DNA of 64,000 nucleotides. Origin: Octopus vulgaris (lineage: Eukaryota). Location: contig OX597827.1 of assembly GCA_951406725.2 (NCBI GenBank), forward strand, positions 38,378,001-38,442,000, in the 5' to 3' direction. Within the stretch, counting starts at the first letter, position 1. Each line of letters opens with the position of its first letter. Of the stretch, positions 14,187-27,292 are shown in pieces. The notes below the pieces were generated by a model. The model had not been told where the DNA came from, did not search any database, and saw only the letters and a list, made by a program, of their open reading frames with translations. Position numbers and translations under genes: made by a program.

Positions 14187-14404
14187 GGGCGGCGAGCTGG
14201 CAGAAACGTTAGCACGCCGGGCGAAATGCGTAGCCGTATTTCGTCTGCCGTTAACGTTCTCAGTTCAAATTCCGCTGAGGTCGACTTTGTCTTTCAACCT
14301 TTCGGGGTCGATTAAATAAGTACCAGTTACGCACTGGGGTCAATATGATCCACTAAATCTGTTTGTCTGTCCTTGTTTGTCCCCTTGTGGGCAGCAAAGA
14401 AATA
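14187..14404 (+). mobile_element. tRNA-derived SINE family B copy
   Basis: ggcggcgagctggcagaaacgttagc...gttcaaattcc...gtcgactttgtctttcaacctttcggggtcgattaaataagtaccag, tail aaagaaata. Relatives at 15475-15897 (dimer), 18573-18787, 38893-39399, 49660-49860 (-), 60640-60780 (-) and 63513-63741 (-). Confidence 0.85.
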
Positions 14405-17192
14405 AATATGTTATGTCAATGAATGACAAAAGAATCATTTTCATTAGTTTACAACTGTTTTTCAAGCTTTTACTTAGAGCTGAGTACTTGTGCAACATTT
14501 CATAGCTTTTTCAGAACCATTTAAAATGTGTGTGTGTGTGTGTGTGTGAAGAGAGAGAGAGAGAGAGATGGGGGTAGATATTAAAACAATAGTGTTTATG
14601 TGTGTGTGTGTGTACATTTAGAAAAAGAGAAGTGAAGTAACTAAGATTTGCATAGAAGGTAATCTTCAACACATACACACACACACACACACGCGATCAC
14701 ACATGTAATGTGAACTAGTATCTCAGATTTTCATAATAAGCCTCCTTAAACCATGGACATTTCCTGTAAACAGTTAATGAGCAACTGGAACAACCAGGAA
14801 AACTGTTGAAGGGTCACAGAGCATTTTCACCACTCCTGCCTTCCTTTCATGCCAGAAACCAAGCTGACTGATTCACCATTTAAGAGGTCAAGTGAGGCAG
14901 TGACTTCTTTGTATGCCTGTGTGTTTGTATTTATTTGTGTGTATGTACACACACTCACACACACACATACACACATGTACTTGAATAATACATATATATA
15001 CGTATGTATGTACTCCACAGTTTATGACCGGGTTCCGTTTCACTCAAGTAGTCAGTAAGCCAATATGGACATATGTTGAAGACCTGCTGTTTTTGGAGAA
15101 TCCATCATCATTTAACATCCGTTTTCCACTCTGGCAGAGGTTGGACGGTTTGACAGGAGCTGGCGAGCCAAGGAACTGTGCTAAGTCCTGTTGTCTGCTT
15201 TGGCATTGTTTTCTATGGCTGGATGCCCTTCCTGGTGCTAACCATTTACAGAGTGTACTGGGTGCTTTTTACATGACACCAGCACTAGTGAGGTGACCAA
15301 GTAACTTGCAAGACAGAAAATCCCTTAACTGAGAAATGGAGTGGTTTTGAGTGAAATGACTTTGTGCCACTATGGGTTTACATTTTCCTGTCTGGTTTTT
15401 CATTCAGACCATCAGCAATTTTTCTATTTGTGGGTAAGACCCTGTTGCTACTTTAATATTTATGATTGACCAAGGAGGCAAGATGGCAGAAAGGTTAGCA
15501 TGCCGAGCGAAATGCTTAGCAGTATTTTGTCTGCCGCTACATTCTGAGTTCAAATTCCGCCAAGGTTGACTTTGCCTTTCATCCTTTTGGGGATGATTAA
15601 ATAAGTACCAGTTATCCACTGGGGTCGATATAATCAATTAAATTTGTTTGTCTGTCCTTGTTTGTCCCCTCTGTGTGCAGTAAAGAAATAAGAAACGTTA
15701 GCATGCCGGGCAAAATGCTCAACGGTATTTTGTCTATCTTTACGTTCTGAGTTCAAAGTCCATCAAGGTCAATTTTGCCTTTCATCCTTTCAGGGTCAAT
15801 AGATTAAGTACCAGTTACATCCTGGGGTCAATCTAATTGACTGGGCCCCCCCCCCCTCCCCAAAATTCCAGGCCTTGTGCCTAGAGTAGAAAAGAATATT
15901 TATTATTGACCACACAGCAGCTGATCGCTTTGTTCAAGACTTCATCATTGTCCCTTCACAGGGTCAAGTTTTAATCATGTGCAATAGCATTTACATGTGT
16001 TTTTTTTTATATTTATTACTCATGTGTAGGGCATGACAGTGTGCTTATGAAGTTTGCTTGAGAACCATGTAGTTTAACTCTTCAAAGTTTTATCAAATGT
16101 TTGGCTTATTTAAGCAGTTTGAATAAACTTTGCACTTGTGTGTGTGTGTGTGTGTGTGTGTGTAGACATTGATATATTATCTGATAGCTGAAGGAGAAGG
16201 ATGAGGACATCAATAGCAACTGCTGCAGGGCCTCCCAAGCTATTCCTAACTTAATAGGGTTGATGTTCAGATTAGGCATCTGTAAGTTTGGTGCCAGTTT
16301 GGTAAATTTAGGCTGGGAGGTAACTTGAAAGAGATTATAGATCTGATGAGGAAAGATTGGGTTTATAAGTATTTAGTGCAAGAACTTGGTGTGTGGTGAT
16401 GTTAATGGCGGAGTTAAGTTGAACAAGAAGGTCCCCTCATTGTACTGTATTTTGGTTAGGGTAGCAGTTGTATTCTATAGCTTTCTTGTATAAAGGAGAA
16501 AGTTAAAGATATTCTTTTATTCTTTTGTTTCAGTCATTTGACTGTGGCTATGTTGGAGCACCGCTTTGAGATAGTTTAAAATATCTTTTTGTCTTGTTTC
16601 ATTCATTAAACTGCAGCCATGGTGGAGCACCCACCATCTCGAAGAATTTTTAGTTAAATAAATCAGCCCCAGGGCTTTTGTTTTTAAAGCTTGCTACTTA
16701 TTCTATCAGTTCTCTTTTGCTGAACTGCTAAGTTACAGAGATGTAAATGCACCAACACCAGATGTCAAGTGGTGATGGGGGACAAAGATCCCCACACATT
16801 CAACAGATTTCTTTGAGTTTCCATCTACCAAATCCATTCACAAGGCTTTGGTCAGCCTGAGGTTATAGTAGGAGACACTTGCCCAAGGTGCCATGCAGTG
16901 GGATTGAACCTGGAACCAAGTGGTTGGGAAGAAAACTTCTTACCACATGAAGAATTTGGTAAAATGACTTCATCGTTATTAGTCTACCTTGTCTTTTTAA
17001 CGATGTGTTCTTCAATCTTTTTATTACCATATTTCTGTTGATTTTTTTTTTTTTTGATTATGAAGAATTTAGTAAAATAACTTAGTCATAAAGCTGGTGC
17101 TTGGAACATAAATTAACATGAAATTTTGATGTAGGAAATTTGTATCACAGGACTAGAAGTGGTCTCAGGTATGTTTATCACAAAAGGTTTAA

Positions 17193-17696
17193 TCCTTTAG
17201 CATTTTGACCAGCCATATCCAGCCAAAATATTCTACCTGTTCTATGTTCAAATCAAATAGATCTGGCCAGCCATACCTGCACTAAAATGTTATTTTAAAA
17301 ATAACCTATCGCATCATTGTGTTGTTTAACTCCAGGCAAGCACTAAGTGCATGGCTTAGTGGTTAGAGTGTTGAACTCATGGCCATAAGATTGCGGTTTC
17401 GTCTCCTGGACCAGAAGACATGTTGTGTTCTTGAGCAAAACACTTCACTTCATGTTGCTCTTGTCCACTCAGCTGGCAAAAATGAGTAACCCTGCAACAG
17501 ACTGGCATCCCATCCAAGTGGGGAATATATACGCCATAGCAACCGGGAAACCAGCCTGGTGTGACAGAAAGAAGGTAACTTTACTTTTTTAATCACATCA
17601 CTGAAATCTGGAAGCCATGAGATAATACATGATTAATTCAAAACAATATGAATAGACAAGCATTACATTTGACAGAGTAATCTGAATGCTAAAGGG
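17193..17696. mobile_element. piggyBac-like MITE (TTAA TSD) interrupted by a tRNA SINE
   Basis: ttaa|tcctttagcatt ... aatgctaaaggg|ttaa; a SINE at about 17345-17585 sits between duplicated atc(g/a)catca(t/c)tg. Confidence 0.75.
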
Positions 17697-19377
17697 TTAA
17701 GGTAGTTGTGTGCTGTTATAAAGAGATTTAACTACCCAGTCAAATGACAACATAGCCTCCCTGTTTGATATTTGAGTAGCCAGCTAGAAGACCCTAATCA
17801 CCTGTAAACCAGTTGTTGTCATTTTTAAATCCATGCCAGCCATGATCAAGGTTGTTGCTGGGTAAGGTAATGAGTTATCAAATGGATATATAGCAGATTG
17901 TATATTATCAACACCAGCCCAATTAGCTGTGTATAGGCAGCTGTCGTTTAATCCAAGGTCTTCTCTGTTTAAGTGCTCACATAATGATCAAAGACACCCA
18001 TCCATAACTCTCTCCTGTTCTCTCTGCCTATTGTCATTTTTCTGGCAAAGTGTATCCGAAGCTACATCATCCACTGTGTCCCTTTATTGTAAAATGGTGG
18101 TGCATGGTGTGAGGGAATTTTGGCAGCTATTTCTTGCAAGTTGAGTGACCTTGTACAAGTTCACTTGTTAGTACTCCATGGTGGTGTATTGCAATACTGT
18201 AAACACTGACAATTTCATTATAATTTTGTTTATTTTCTTCATTGATGTGCAATATATTGATTTGCAACTCCATGTTCCAATTCATTCCAGGAGAGAACTA
18301 CTCGCAACAAGCTGGAATCTTATCAAGGAATTAATTTATAAGCCTGATTGATGTTTGGATCACAGCTGGACAAAATGTTTTTTGGCATTTAATATATAAA
18401 ATTATGATGAATCTCTTAGTTATTGAAATCTCAGAGTTTGAAAATCTGGTTGAAGTTTTAATAAAGAAAAATATAAGCACTTAAAACCCTTTTGAGACCA
18501 GCTTGTCTAAGACCAACTTTTGTTCCGAGATACAAACTTCCTATCACAATTTTATGTTAAACTATTCCAAGCAAAGGCAGCAAGCTGGCAGAATCGTTAG
18601 CACGTGGGGTGGAATGCTTAGCGGCATTTCATCCATCTTTAAGTTCTGAGTTCAAATTCCACTGAAGTTAACTTTGCCTTTCATACTTTCAGGGTCGATA
18701 AAATAAGTACCAGTTGAGTACTGGGATCGATGCAATCAAAATACCCCCTTCTCAAAATTGCTGGCCTTGTGCCAAAATTTGAAATCAAATTATATTCCAA
18801 CCACCAACTTAATAAGGGCAACATTATTTTGCTAAATTCTTGGTTATTTTCAAAATGAATTGAAATAAAGACAGTGTATTTTAACAGAAATACGGTAATG
18901 AAAAGGATAAGTCTTGGCAAGTTGCTAACGTGTGTCTATGTTTAATCCTCTAACATTTAAACCAACCATGTACAGCCCAAATATTCTACATAATTTATGT
19001 TGCAGCTGGCCAGATCCAGCCTCTCACACCTACCCTACTATGCCATTCTAAACATAAACAATAACATCTTCAAAATTTTGAAGTTACAACATATTACATG
19101 ATGGAATTTTAATAAATGTGGATAAATATGCATTACATCTGATAAATCAATCTGAATACTAAAGGGTTGATATACATCAGTGTATATAGCCCTAGCATTA
19201 AGTCTGTGTATATTATATACAGTGTGCAGCCCTGTCAATGTGTATATATTTAATATACTACCAGTGTATATAACCATTTCATGATAATCTAATTGTACTT
19301 TATGACTGGATGTATATAAGTGAGAGTGTGTGTGTATATTTGGGTGCATGTGTGTATTATTGTTAAATATACACCCA

Positions 19378-19430
<53 letters not shown>

Positions 19431-19634
19431 CAATTATATATATGTATATATATATATATGAACAATTTTAAACACTGTTGGATTTTTCTCATAAGGTATT
19501 GGAATCTTACATATACCATTCTGCCTAAAAAATGGATCTACAAATTCAATATCCCTACATATCTCACATCTATTTTCTTTCCGCCACCTTACTCTCTATT
19601 TTGTATCTTATCTAAATTAATTATTACTCACTCC

Positions 19635-19686
19635 GTCTCCGATGAAGGGATATAATTGATAAATATCCTGGAAACAGCTGTAAGAC
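19635..19686 (+). ncRNA. Type I hammerhead ribozyme motif (U4C variant)
   Basis: Stem I GUCU/AGAC; core CCGAUGA; stem II GGGAUAU/AUAUCCU (closing A-G mismatch); GAAAC-agcu-GUA with palindromic ACAGCUGU. Lies in a 300-bp insert between two (TA)n tracts. Confidence 0.75.
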
Positions 19687-19759
19687 CATCTATCTATAAA
19701 TGTTCTAATATCTACACAGCCTTGGTTTTTTTTATCTCATCACACAAAAAATTCTTTTA

Positions 19760-19792
<33 letters not shown>

Positions 19793-19793
<1 letters not shown>

Positions 19794-20100
19794 CTCTTTT
19801 ACTTGTTTCAGTCATTTGACTGCGGCCATGCTGGAGCACCACCTTTAGTCGAGCAAATCAACCCCGGGACTTATTCTTTGTAAGCCCAGTACTTATTCTA
19901 TCGGTCTCTTTTTTCCGAACCGCTAGGTGACGGGGACGTAAACACACCAGCATCAGTGTCAAGCAATGCTAGGGGGACAAACACAGACACACAAATACAT
20001 ATATACGACGGGCTTCTTTCAGTTTCCGTCTACCAAATCTACTCACAAGGCTTTGGTCGGCCCGAGACTATAGTAGAAGATACTTGCCCAAGGTGCCACG
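19793..20100 (-). mobile_element. SINE family A, low-divergence 5'-truncated copy
   Basis: Close to the reverse complement of 41824-42237. Confidence 0.85.
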
Positions 20101-21559
20101 AATTGGGCTTTATATATATATATATATAGCCCTATCATTGTTTCTCATTGCACCTAATGTGTGTGTATCTCAGTGCATGTAGGCATTTTTATGTTTAATA
20201 AACCAAAAAATAAAGTGCAGTAATATGTGAGAGTGTATCATTGTGCTTTGATGTAAGTGTGGCTCTGTGAGAGAGAGAAGTGTGCATGTATGTGTGTGTG
20301 AGTGTTTGTGCACAATTATCAAGATGCAACAGTGCATGTTTGTCACTCACCACTCATTGGTGTTTGTCATTGCACTTTAGTGCATATCATTGCACTCTGG
20401 GTGCAAGTCACTGCACCTTGATGTATCACTGCGTATGCATGTGGTGTGGATGTCCTTGTTACTGCACTTTACTGTTTGCATGTCACTGCACTTGACTGTG
20501 TATGTGTGTGTGTGTGGTGTTTAATGAACAGCCAGTGTGATGCAACGAAGATGCAATAAATGTGTGTGTGTGTGGGAGACTGCACTTTAGTGTATATGTG
20601 TTCAAGAGACGATCTGAATCTAGCTCAAGATATAAACCATGTATGTATATGACTGTGTTGGTGTATATATGTGCGTTTGTGTTTGCATGTATATGTCGAT
20701 GTAGTTTTTATACACACGCACACACTGTTGCATTTTGATGTCTATGTTTCGTTTTAATTAGTCAGAGGAAGAGGAGGGGCAGCACTCATATCGTTGGCAA
20801 GTGCCCCCTCACCTCCACCACCACCACCCCTCATACACATGCACAATGTTACATCTTCATGCATGTGTATGATGCAGTTGCATTTTAATGCTTGTATACA
20901 TCATGCACTCTCATGCATGCACACTTAGATGTATGTATATGTGTATGTGTGTGTGTATATATATATAACAATATATGTATATCTATATATATAGACATAT
21001 TTTGTTTTTATTGTGTGTATGAGTGTACATATGTATGTGTGCATATATAGATGTGTGTGTGTGTGTGTGCATACACATTGAATAGATGCATGTATGTGTA
21101 AAGTTTATCTTGCCTTCTTTTAAATTTAATTTTCAATATCATTTATCAGCAGAATATTATTTTGAGTTGTGCAGTGGGGTGGTTGTGTAAGTGAACCAGA
21201 AGGAACCAACTGGCAGAGGTGGGGTTAGTCATGGTAGGATTGGGGAGGGTTGGTAGTGAGGCAAGTGGGAGAGAGGTTGTTAGTGGTCTCCCAATAGAAA
21301 ACCCTTTGTCACCATCCTCACTTTCTAAGAGGGGAAAACCCACACAAACATGAGAGCTGTATATGAGTGTGTGTGTGTGTGTGTGTTTGTGTGCGCGCGT
21401 ATGTGTATATGACTATGGCTGTATGAATATATGTGTACTAAAGTTTGTGAGTGTGTGTCTAATGTATGCATATGTATGGGGAAATAAACTCTTTTTACAG
21501 ACCAAGCGGCACCGAGCCACTGACTATCTCAGCCAACTTGGAGCCTGATGGATCTTTAA

Positions 21560-22170
21560 ATTGGAATCAGTGTCCTATCTGCTGCTGATGCTGCTGTTGC
21601 TACTGCCATACTCAGTATCAATTTTATCACCCATTGGCTGCTGCTACTGTTGATGTTGATGATGATGATTGGGTGGGGTGGGGTAAATCAACACTGGTGG
21701 GGACGGTGTTGTTGTTACTGCTGCTGCAGTATCAACTTTATCACCATAGGTTTCATTTTTATTATTATTATTATTATGATGATGATGATAGCAGTGATGC
21801 TGGTGGTTGTACCGATGGTGCCATTGTTTCTACAACTGCTGCTGCTGCTGCAAGTTCTGCAGGTTTTGTTCATTTTTGATTGCACAGTTTGCTGCACACT
21901 TGAGAACGGTGTCGTCATTGTTGTTGTTATTGTTATTATTTCAAGTGGGGGGAAGTTGTTGCACTTAACACAATCATTATCACCACCACCACCACCACCA
22001 CTTTCACCATTGTCCTTGCCGTCATCGTCATCACCATCGTCATCATCATTGTTATCATTTTTTTTCATCATCATTATCATTGTGACCACCACCACCATTA
22101 CCAATACCACCACCACCACCACCAGTGCATTACCATCACCACTGTTATTATAACCCTTCCCTAATAATCA
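21560..22170. repeat. Mosaic trinucleotide low-complexity tract (GCT, GAT, ATT, CAC, CAT)
   Basis: Direct reading; explains the homopolymeric ORFs in the track. Confidence 0.8.
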
Positions 22171-22216
22171 TCATTGCTGTCTTTAGGTTAGTGTGGATGA
22201 ACTGTACTCTCTCTTT

Positions 22217-22406
22217 GACTCTTTTTACTTGTTTCAGTCATTTGACTGCGGCCTTGCTGGAGCACCACCTTTATTCAAGCAAATCGACCCTGGGACTTAT
22301 TCTTTGTAAGCCCAGTACTTATTCTGTCAGTCTCTTTTGCTGAACCGCTAAGTAATGGGGACGTAAATACACCAGCATTGGTTGTCAAGCAATGCTAGGG
22401 AGACAA

Positions 22407-22463
<57 letters not shown>

Positions 22464-22628
22464 CATATATACAACGCACTTCTTTCAGTCTCCACCTACC
22501 AAATCCACTCACAAGGCTTTGGTCGGGCTGAGGCTATAGTAGAAGACACTTGCCCAAGATGCCACGCAGTGGGACTGAACCCAGAACCATGTGGTTGGTA
22601 AGCAAGCTACTTACCACACAGCCACTCT
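22217..22628 (-). mobile_element. SINE family A, near full length
   Basis: Reverse complement of 34625-35038; (CA)n in the middle. Confidence 0.85.
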
Positions 22629-22781
22629 TCTTTTATCTTTTACTGCAACCATGATGGGACACCACCTCCAATGGTATCAGTCAAACAAATCGACCCCAGT
22701 ACATTTTTTTTTAACCTGGTGCTTATTCCTTTGATCTCTCTTGTGCCAAACTGCTAAGTTACAGAGATAAACCCACATACA

Positions 22782-22816
<35 letters not shown>

Positions 22817-22934
22817 GACATCAAAATGTCATAAATAAATTCTCCTTAAAAAAAATTGTTTGACACATGTTTCCTCGGATATCTATACAGTAGAAACATG
22901 TATTGGTTAATCTTTTAAAGAGAATATACTGTAA

Positions 22935-23332
22935 CTAGCAGTATCGCCCGGCGTTGCTCGGGTTTGTAAGGGAAATAACTATATAAGCATTTTTAGAGAG
23001 TTATAGCCAAAAAATAGGAAAAAAATGCATTAAAAATTGAAAAAAAATTAAGGTAATTTTTTTTTTAAATCGTTGACACATCGTAGATATTTTTAGAGAG
23101 TTACTTCCCTTATATAATAACGAAAAATATGCATTAAAATGGAAAAATATGATGGTAAATTTTTTTTAAATCGTAGACTCATCGTAGACGCGCGCTAATA
23201 CCCAGAAGGGCTCGATATGAATCATGACTATAAGATACCCGCTTTTGGTTAAACTGCACCGCAAAATGTGGGAGTAGTTACGAATCTAAATCGTAGGAGA
23301 CAGACACACAACTTCACTCTTATATATAAAGA
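22935..23332 (-). mobile_element. Non-autonomous Helitron
   Basis: Minus strand begins TC (GA at 23331-23332), ends CTAG (22935-22938), has a subterminal hairpin CCCG-agcaacgc-CGGG, is inserted between A and T, and has no TSD. Confidence 0.85.
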
Positions 23333-23444
23333 TATAAGCCACGTAGTTATATACACATACTTTGTTATATACACATTCTTAAAAGAAAATGTTATTTTGA
23401 ACACAACATTTACAAAGAATAAAATATTTTTTGGTTTTTCTTAA

Positions 23445-24267
23445 CCCTTTCGTTACTATATTTCTGACCAAAATACACCCCTTATGTGTTTCAATTAATT
23501 TCTAACGTAATCATAAATTTAGTCTGGTTTCATTAAACAACTATAACTTTTTTATTTATGAATATATTAATCTGATTTTTGGAAGATAATTTAGTGAAAT
23601 GTTCTCAACCAATTCTATACTATAATTTTTGTCACAAAGTGACTCTAATTGCAGGTAGATACAGGTAAATTCAACAATATATAAAATTATTAAAATTTTG
23701 TTCAAACATCGCTATAGAAAATGGGTTATTAGCTAATATTCAATTGGGTATACAACAAAATTTTACGATAGAATTTGTTATTCTGGGTAACTTTCTAATA
23801 CCCATAATAATATTTATGGCAAAATAGGCCTTAATTTCATTTAAGGTTGTGGGAAATAACAAACTATCGTTTCTTTCGCTTTGTTTAGGTTGAGATCAAA
23901 TACCACATGCTTTTTTTTTTCAGTCATAGAGTTAGATTTATGAAGGTCTTCAGTAGAAAATCCTTCGAATTCTGACTCGCTGCTTGATATAATGAAATTC
24001 GTATCCATTTTTTGTCAGAATTACAAATTTTGAAAACACAATAGGAACAAATTTCGGGAAAAAATCTCCCATAATTCACGGAATTAAAATTACACTTCGA
24101 TTTTTGTACAAAACTGTAGTTGAACTGTTTACGAAGTATAATACGTGTTTTCACGAATGTTCTAAAGAGATTTACTCTGATATTCTCATTTAAATATGAA
24201 TAGGTAAATTCGGGCGGCTTGGTCACATTAACCAAAATTTTTTTCGGGCGGTTTGGTAACGAAAGGG
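23445..24267. mobile_element. piggyBac-like non-autonomous transposon
   Basis: Perfect 12-bp TIR CCCTTTCGTTAC/GTAACGAAAGGG; TTAA TSDs at 23441-23444 and 24268-24271; subterminal direct repeat ttcgggcgg(c/t)ttggt. Confidence 0.9.
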
Positions 24268-24429
24268 TTAAACGGATGCATACATTTATTAATAACTATA
24301 TATAAGTGTCGTCTGTTTATACATAAACACTGTTTCATACTGCAATTATATATACATATATCTATATATAATATTATATAATAAAATATATACAGAGTAA
24401 AATAAAAACCAATTTACCTTTTCTGTATT

Positions 24430-25017
24430 GTTATTCGACCGTCCGTGTGTCTTTGCAAATGTGTTGGAATGATAAGTGAGTTGTGTTTTGGCACCTTTTT
24501 TTACTAATAACAAACACACACGTGTTTGTATGTAGTTGTTTGAAACGTTTGTGTTTGCCACTCTCATAAATGTATGTGTATGCGTGTGTGTGAGGAATGA
24601 CACACACACACTCACGCACGCACACATGTACATCAATGCTTTTATGAGCGTCATAGAGAGAAACAAATATTACATCGCCATCGCCATAGCCATCGCCATA
24701 GCCATCGCTATCGCATTCTATTTTCTACCTGTCAACACACATTGAATTAGTTTCAGTTTATTCATTGCACACTGTGTGTGTGCGTTTGCGTGTGCTGTAA
24801 ACCAGACTAATAAAAGCATTTGACACACACACCAGAATGTGAGTTTTCTGTAAATTTTGCTTAATTGGAGTTTAAATTTTAAAAACTGGACCTGGCATGA
24901 CGCAATGCATTGTACTCTTAAAAATGGTAGGTAAATTGTAATTGAAGAAATCCTATATTGTAGATTTGTATAACTCCCAAAGGGAGGCAGATAAAATCTG
25001 CCTTTTATAATAAGAGA
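24430..25017 (-). mobile_element. Probable Helitron-like element, 5' part
   Basis: Minus-strand start a|TCtcttattataaaa with palindrome ggcagattttatctgcc and an internal (ATCGCC)n at about 24673-24715; no CTAG 3' end found. Confidence 0.45.
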
Positions 25018-25249
25018 TTATGACTGTAATAAACAAATTTGTTTATGTACAATTCTCCATTCTTATTTTAATGTTTTAAATATACACTCTGTACATTGAA
25101 TGAAATCCATAGAAATAAACTCAGGATTTGTGCATCAAATGAAATGCTGTGTGGTTGTTTACCTTAAACCATTTCTCATTGTTCCATAACATTCGATGTG
25201 GTTAGCCAGAAGCTGGATTATGCAGGAGGGCTTGTAAGGTAGTTCTTTT

Positions 25250-25389
25250 ACAGAGCTTAGAAAAACTGAAGGACTGCTGCAATAAGTGTTTGAATCTGAG
25301 AGGGGAATATGTTCAATAAAATCATAATTATCTGATCATCCTGTATTTTCTTTTACCCAAAGGCAGGAACATTTCGGGACACCCCTCGT
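25250..25389 (+). mobile_element. mariner transposase 3' end plus TIR remnant
   Basis: SLEKLKDCCNKCLNLRGEYVQ* resembles the mariner RW.KC....G.YVE C-terminus; followed by TIR-like aggaacatttcgggacacccctcg. Confidence 0.65.
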
Positions 25390-25402
25390 GTATGTGTGTG
25401 TG

Positions 25403-26007
25403 TGGGACGAGGTGGTGAGGCACCACCTTCGAACTTTAGGTCTCACCAAGGAAATGACTAGAGATCGAGACCTATGGAAGTATGCTGTGTGTGAGAAGAC
25501 CCGGCAGGACAGGTGAGACCATAACCTGTGGCCTCTACCTGGGATGTAGCCAGCCCACTTATGCATACCTTTCCTTCTTGGGACACAAAACTCTACTTGT
25601 GAAGACCTGTTGAGGCAAGTGAGAATCGAAATCAGAATCAAAATCAAAATCGATCAACATCAATGGAAATTGTAGCTGTGATACCAGTCCCGGTGGCACA
25701 TAAGAGAACCATCCGAACGTGGACGTTGCCAGCGCCACCCCGACTGGCCTCCGTGCCGGTGGCATGTAAAAAGCACCATCCGACTGTGGCCGTTGCCAGC
25801 CCCATCTGGCACCTGTGCTGGTGTCACGTAAAAAGCACCCACTACACTCACGGAGTGGTTGGCGTTAGGAAGGGCATCCAGCCGTAGAAACATTGCCAGA
25901 TTAGACTGGGCCTGGTGCAGCCTTCTGGCTTCCCAGACCCCAGTTGAACCATCCAACCCATGCTAGCATGGAGAGCGGACGCTAAACGATGATGATGATG
26001 ATGATGA

Positions 26008-26010
<3 letters not shown>
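25403..26010 (+). mobile_element. 5'-truncated RTE LINE (ORF end, 3' UTR, (GAT)n tail)
   Basis: WDEVVRHHLRTLGLTKEMTRDRDLWKYAVCEKTRQDR* (25403-25516), then a 3' UTR with ggcgttaggaagggcatccagccgtag and (GAT)n; CpG-rich, so probably young. Confidence 0.85.
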
Positions 26011-26047
<37 letters not shown>

Positions 26048-27250
26048 AAAGGATGTATTATAACACAATTCCACATATACAAAAACAGCCATACCAACAA
26101 TACAACATACCTCCATCACCAGCTGCCCCACGGATATCATTATGGTTCCAATACCTGGGCTGTACCATTCAATCTGGCAGTGTCAACAGCACTAAAATAA
26201 GTGTTGTTTGCAAACAAGCATACCATGTGTGTGTGTGATGGGTTTCTGTCCATTAATTCCACTCATAAGGCTTTGGTCAGCCCAGGGCTATTGTACAAGA
26301 CACTTGTTTAAGATGCTATGCAGTGGGACTGAACCCAGAAATATGTGACTGGGAAGCAAACTTCTAACCACACAGCCATGCCTACACCTATTATACTACA
26401 CTCCACTTTACCATGTTTCATTCCACAATTTTATGTCATACTTAGCTACATCATGTTACAATGTTATACACTATTTCGTGAATTGGTGAGAGGTTCTCTT
26501 CTGTGGTCATGTCAGGAATGGCGGTGGGGGGTGGATGGATGCACCAATGTAGCATGCCACTGCATCTACAATTTGTCGATATTTGCTCAGTTTGTTCCAG
26601 GCAACTCTCCGTGCAATGTTCCTATCAGACCTCATCACCACAAGATACCTCCTCATCCACTGTGACCATAAGGCATGTGGTCAACCAACACAAGCCATCA
26701 CCCCAGTTGGATCCTCAGAGAAAAGAACATGATACGTGGAATCGAACTTGGAAAATCAAGCAGCATGACTAAACAGTCTGAGCTACTGCTCCCATATCAT
26801 ATGTGAAACTCCTTCTATGCATTCACTCTGTTAGAAATAGCAGCCAAATCTCACCTCAAACTAATTCTATCCTTTTTCAGAAATCAAGAACCCATTGAAA
26901 AATGTGGTCATGCTCATCCAGGGCTAGCCTTGGGCTAAGCAACATATGAAATCAGTCTGTATTATGTGCTCCATTGCACAATTCTCTCCACTCAATGCTT
27001 TCTGTATGGTCTTCCAAACGCACATACACATATACAGGCTGTTAGACATACACACAGTCTGGTTTACAAACACATGCATGTGCACACACACACACATATC
27101 AGAGAAACACAATGTCACACTTGCATAGCCACAGATGTAGAGACACCAACAGAAAGCAACACCTGATCATACAGACACACTGACCCTGCCCACGCATGCA
27201 GACTATCAGATACACAGGCACATATGCAGATTGCTAGGTACATGATGTCA

Positions 27251-27292
<42 letters not shown>

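Noticed and set aside
16200-16510. CTGATGA at about 16343 and a possible PLE RT fragment on the minus strand
   Set aside because: No stem II or GAAAC-GUH geometry, and the peptide resemblance is too weak.
21486-21580. Acceptor-like ctttttacAG followed by GC-richer unique sequence (possible SMAD4 5'-UTR exon); similar weak candidate at 13850-13990
   Set aside because: No convincing matching donor or promoter; cannot be supported without transcripts.
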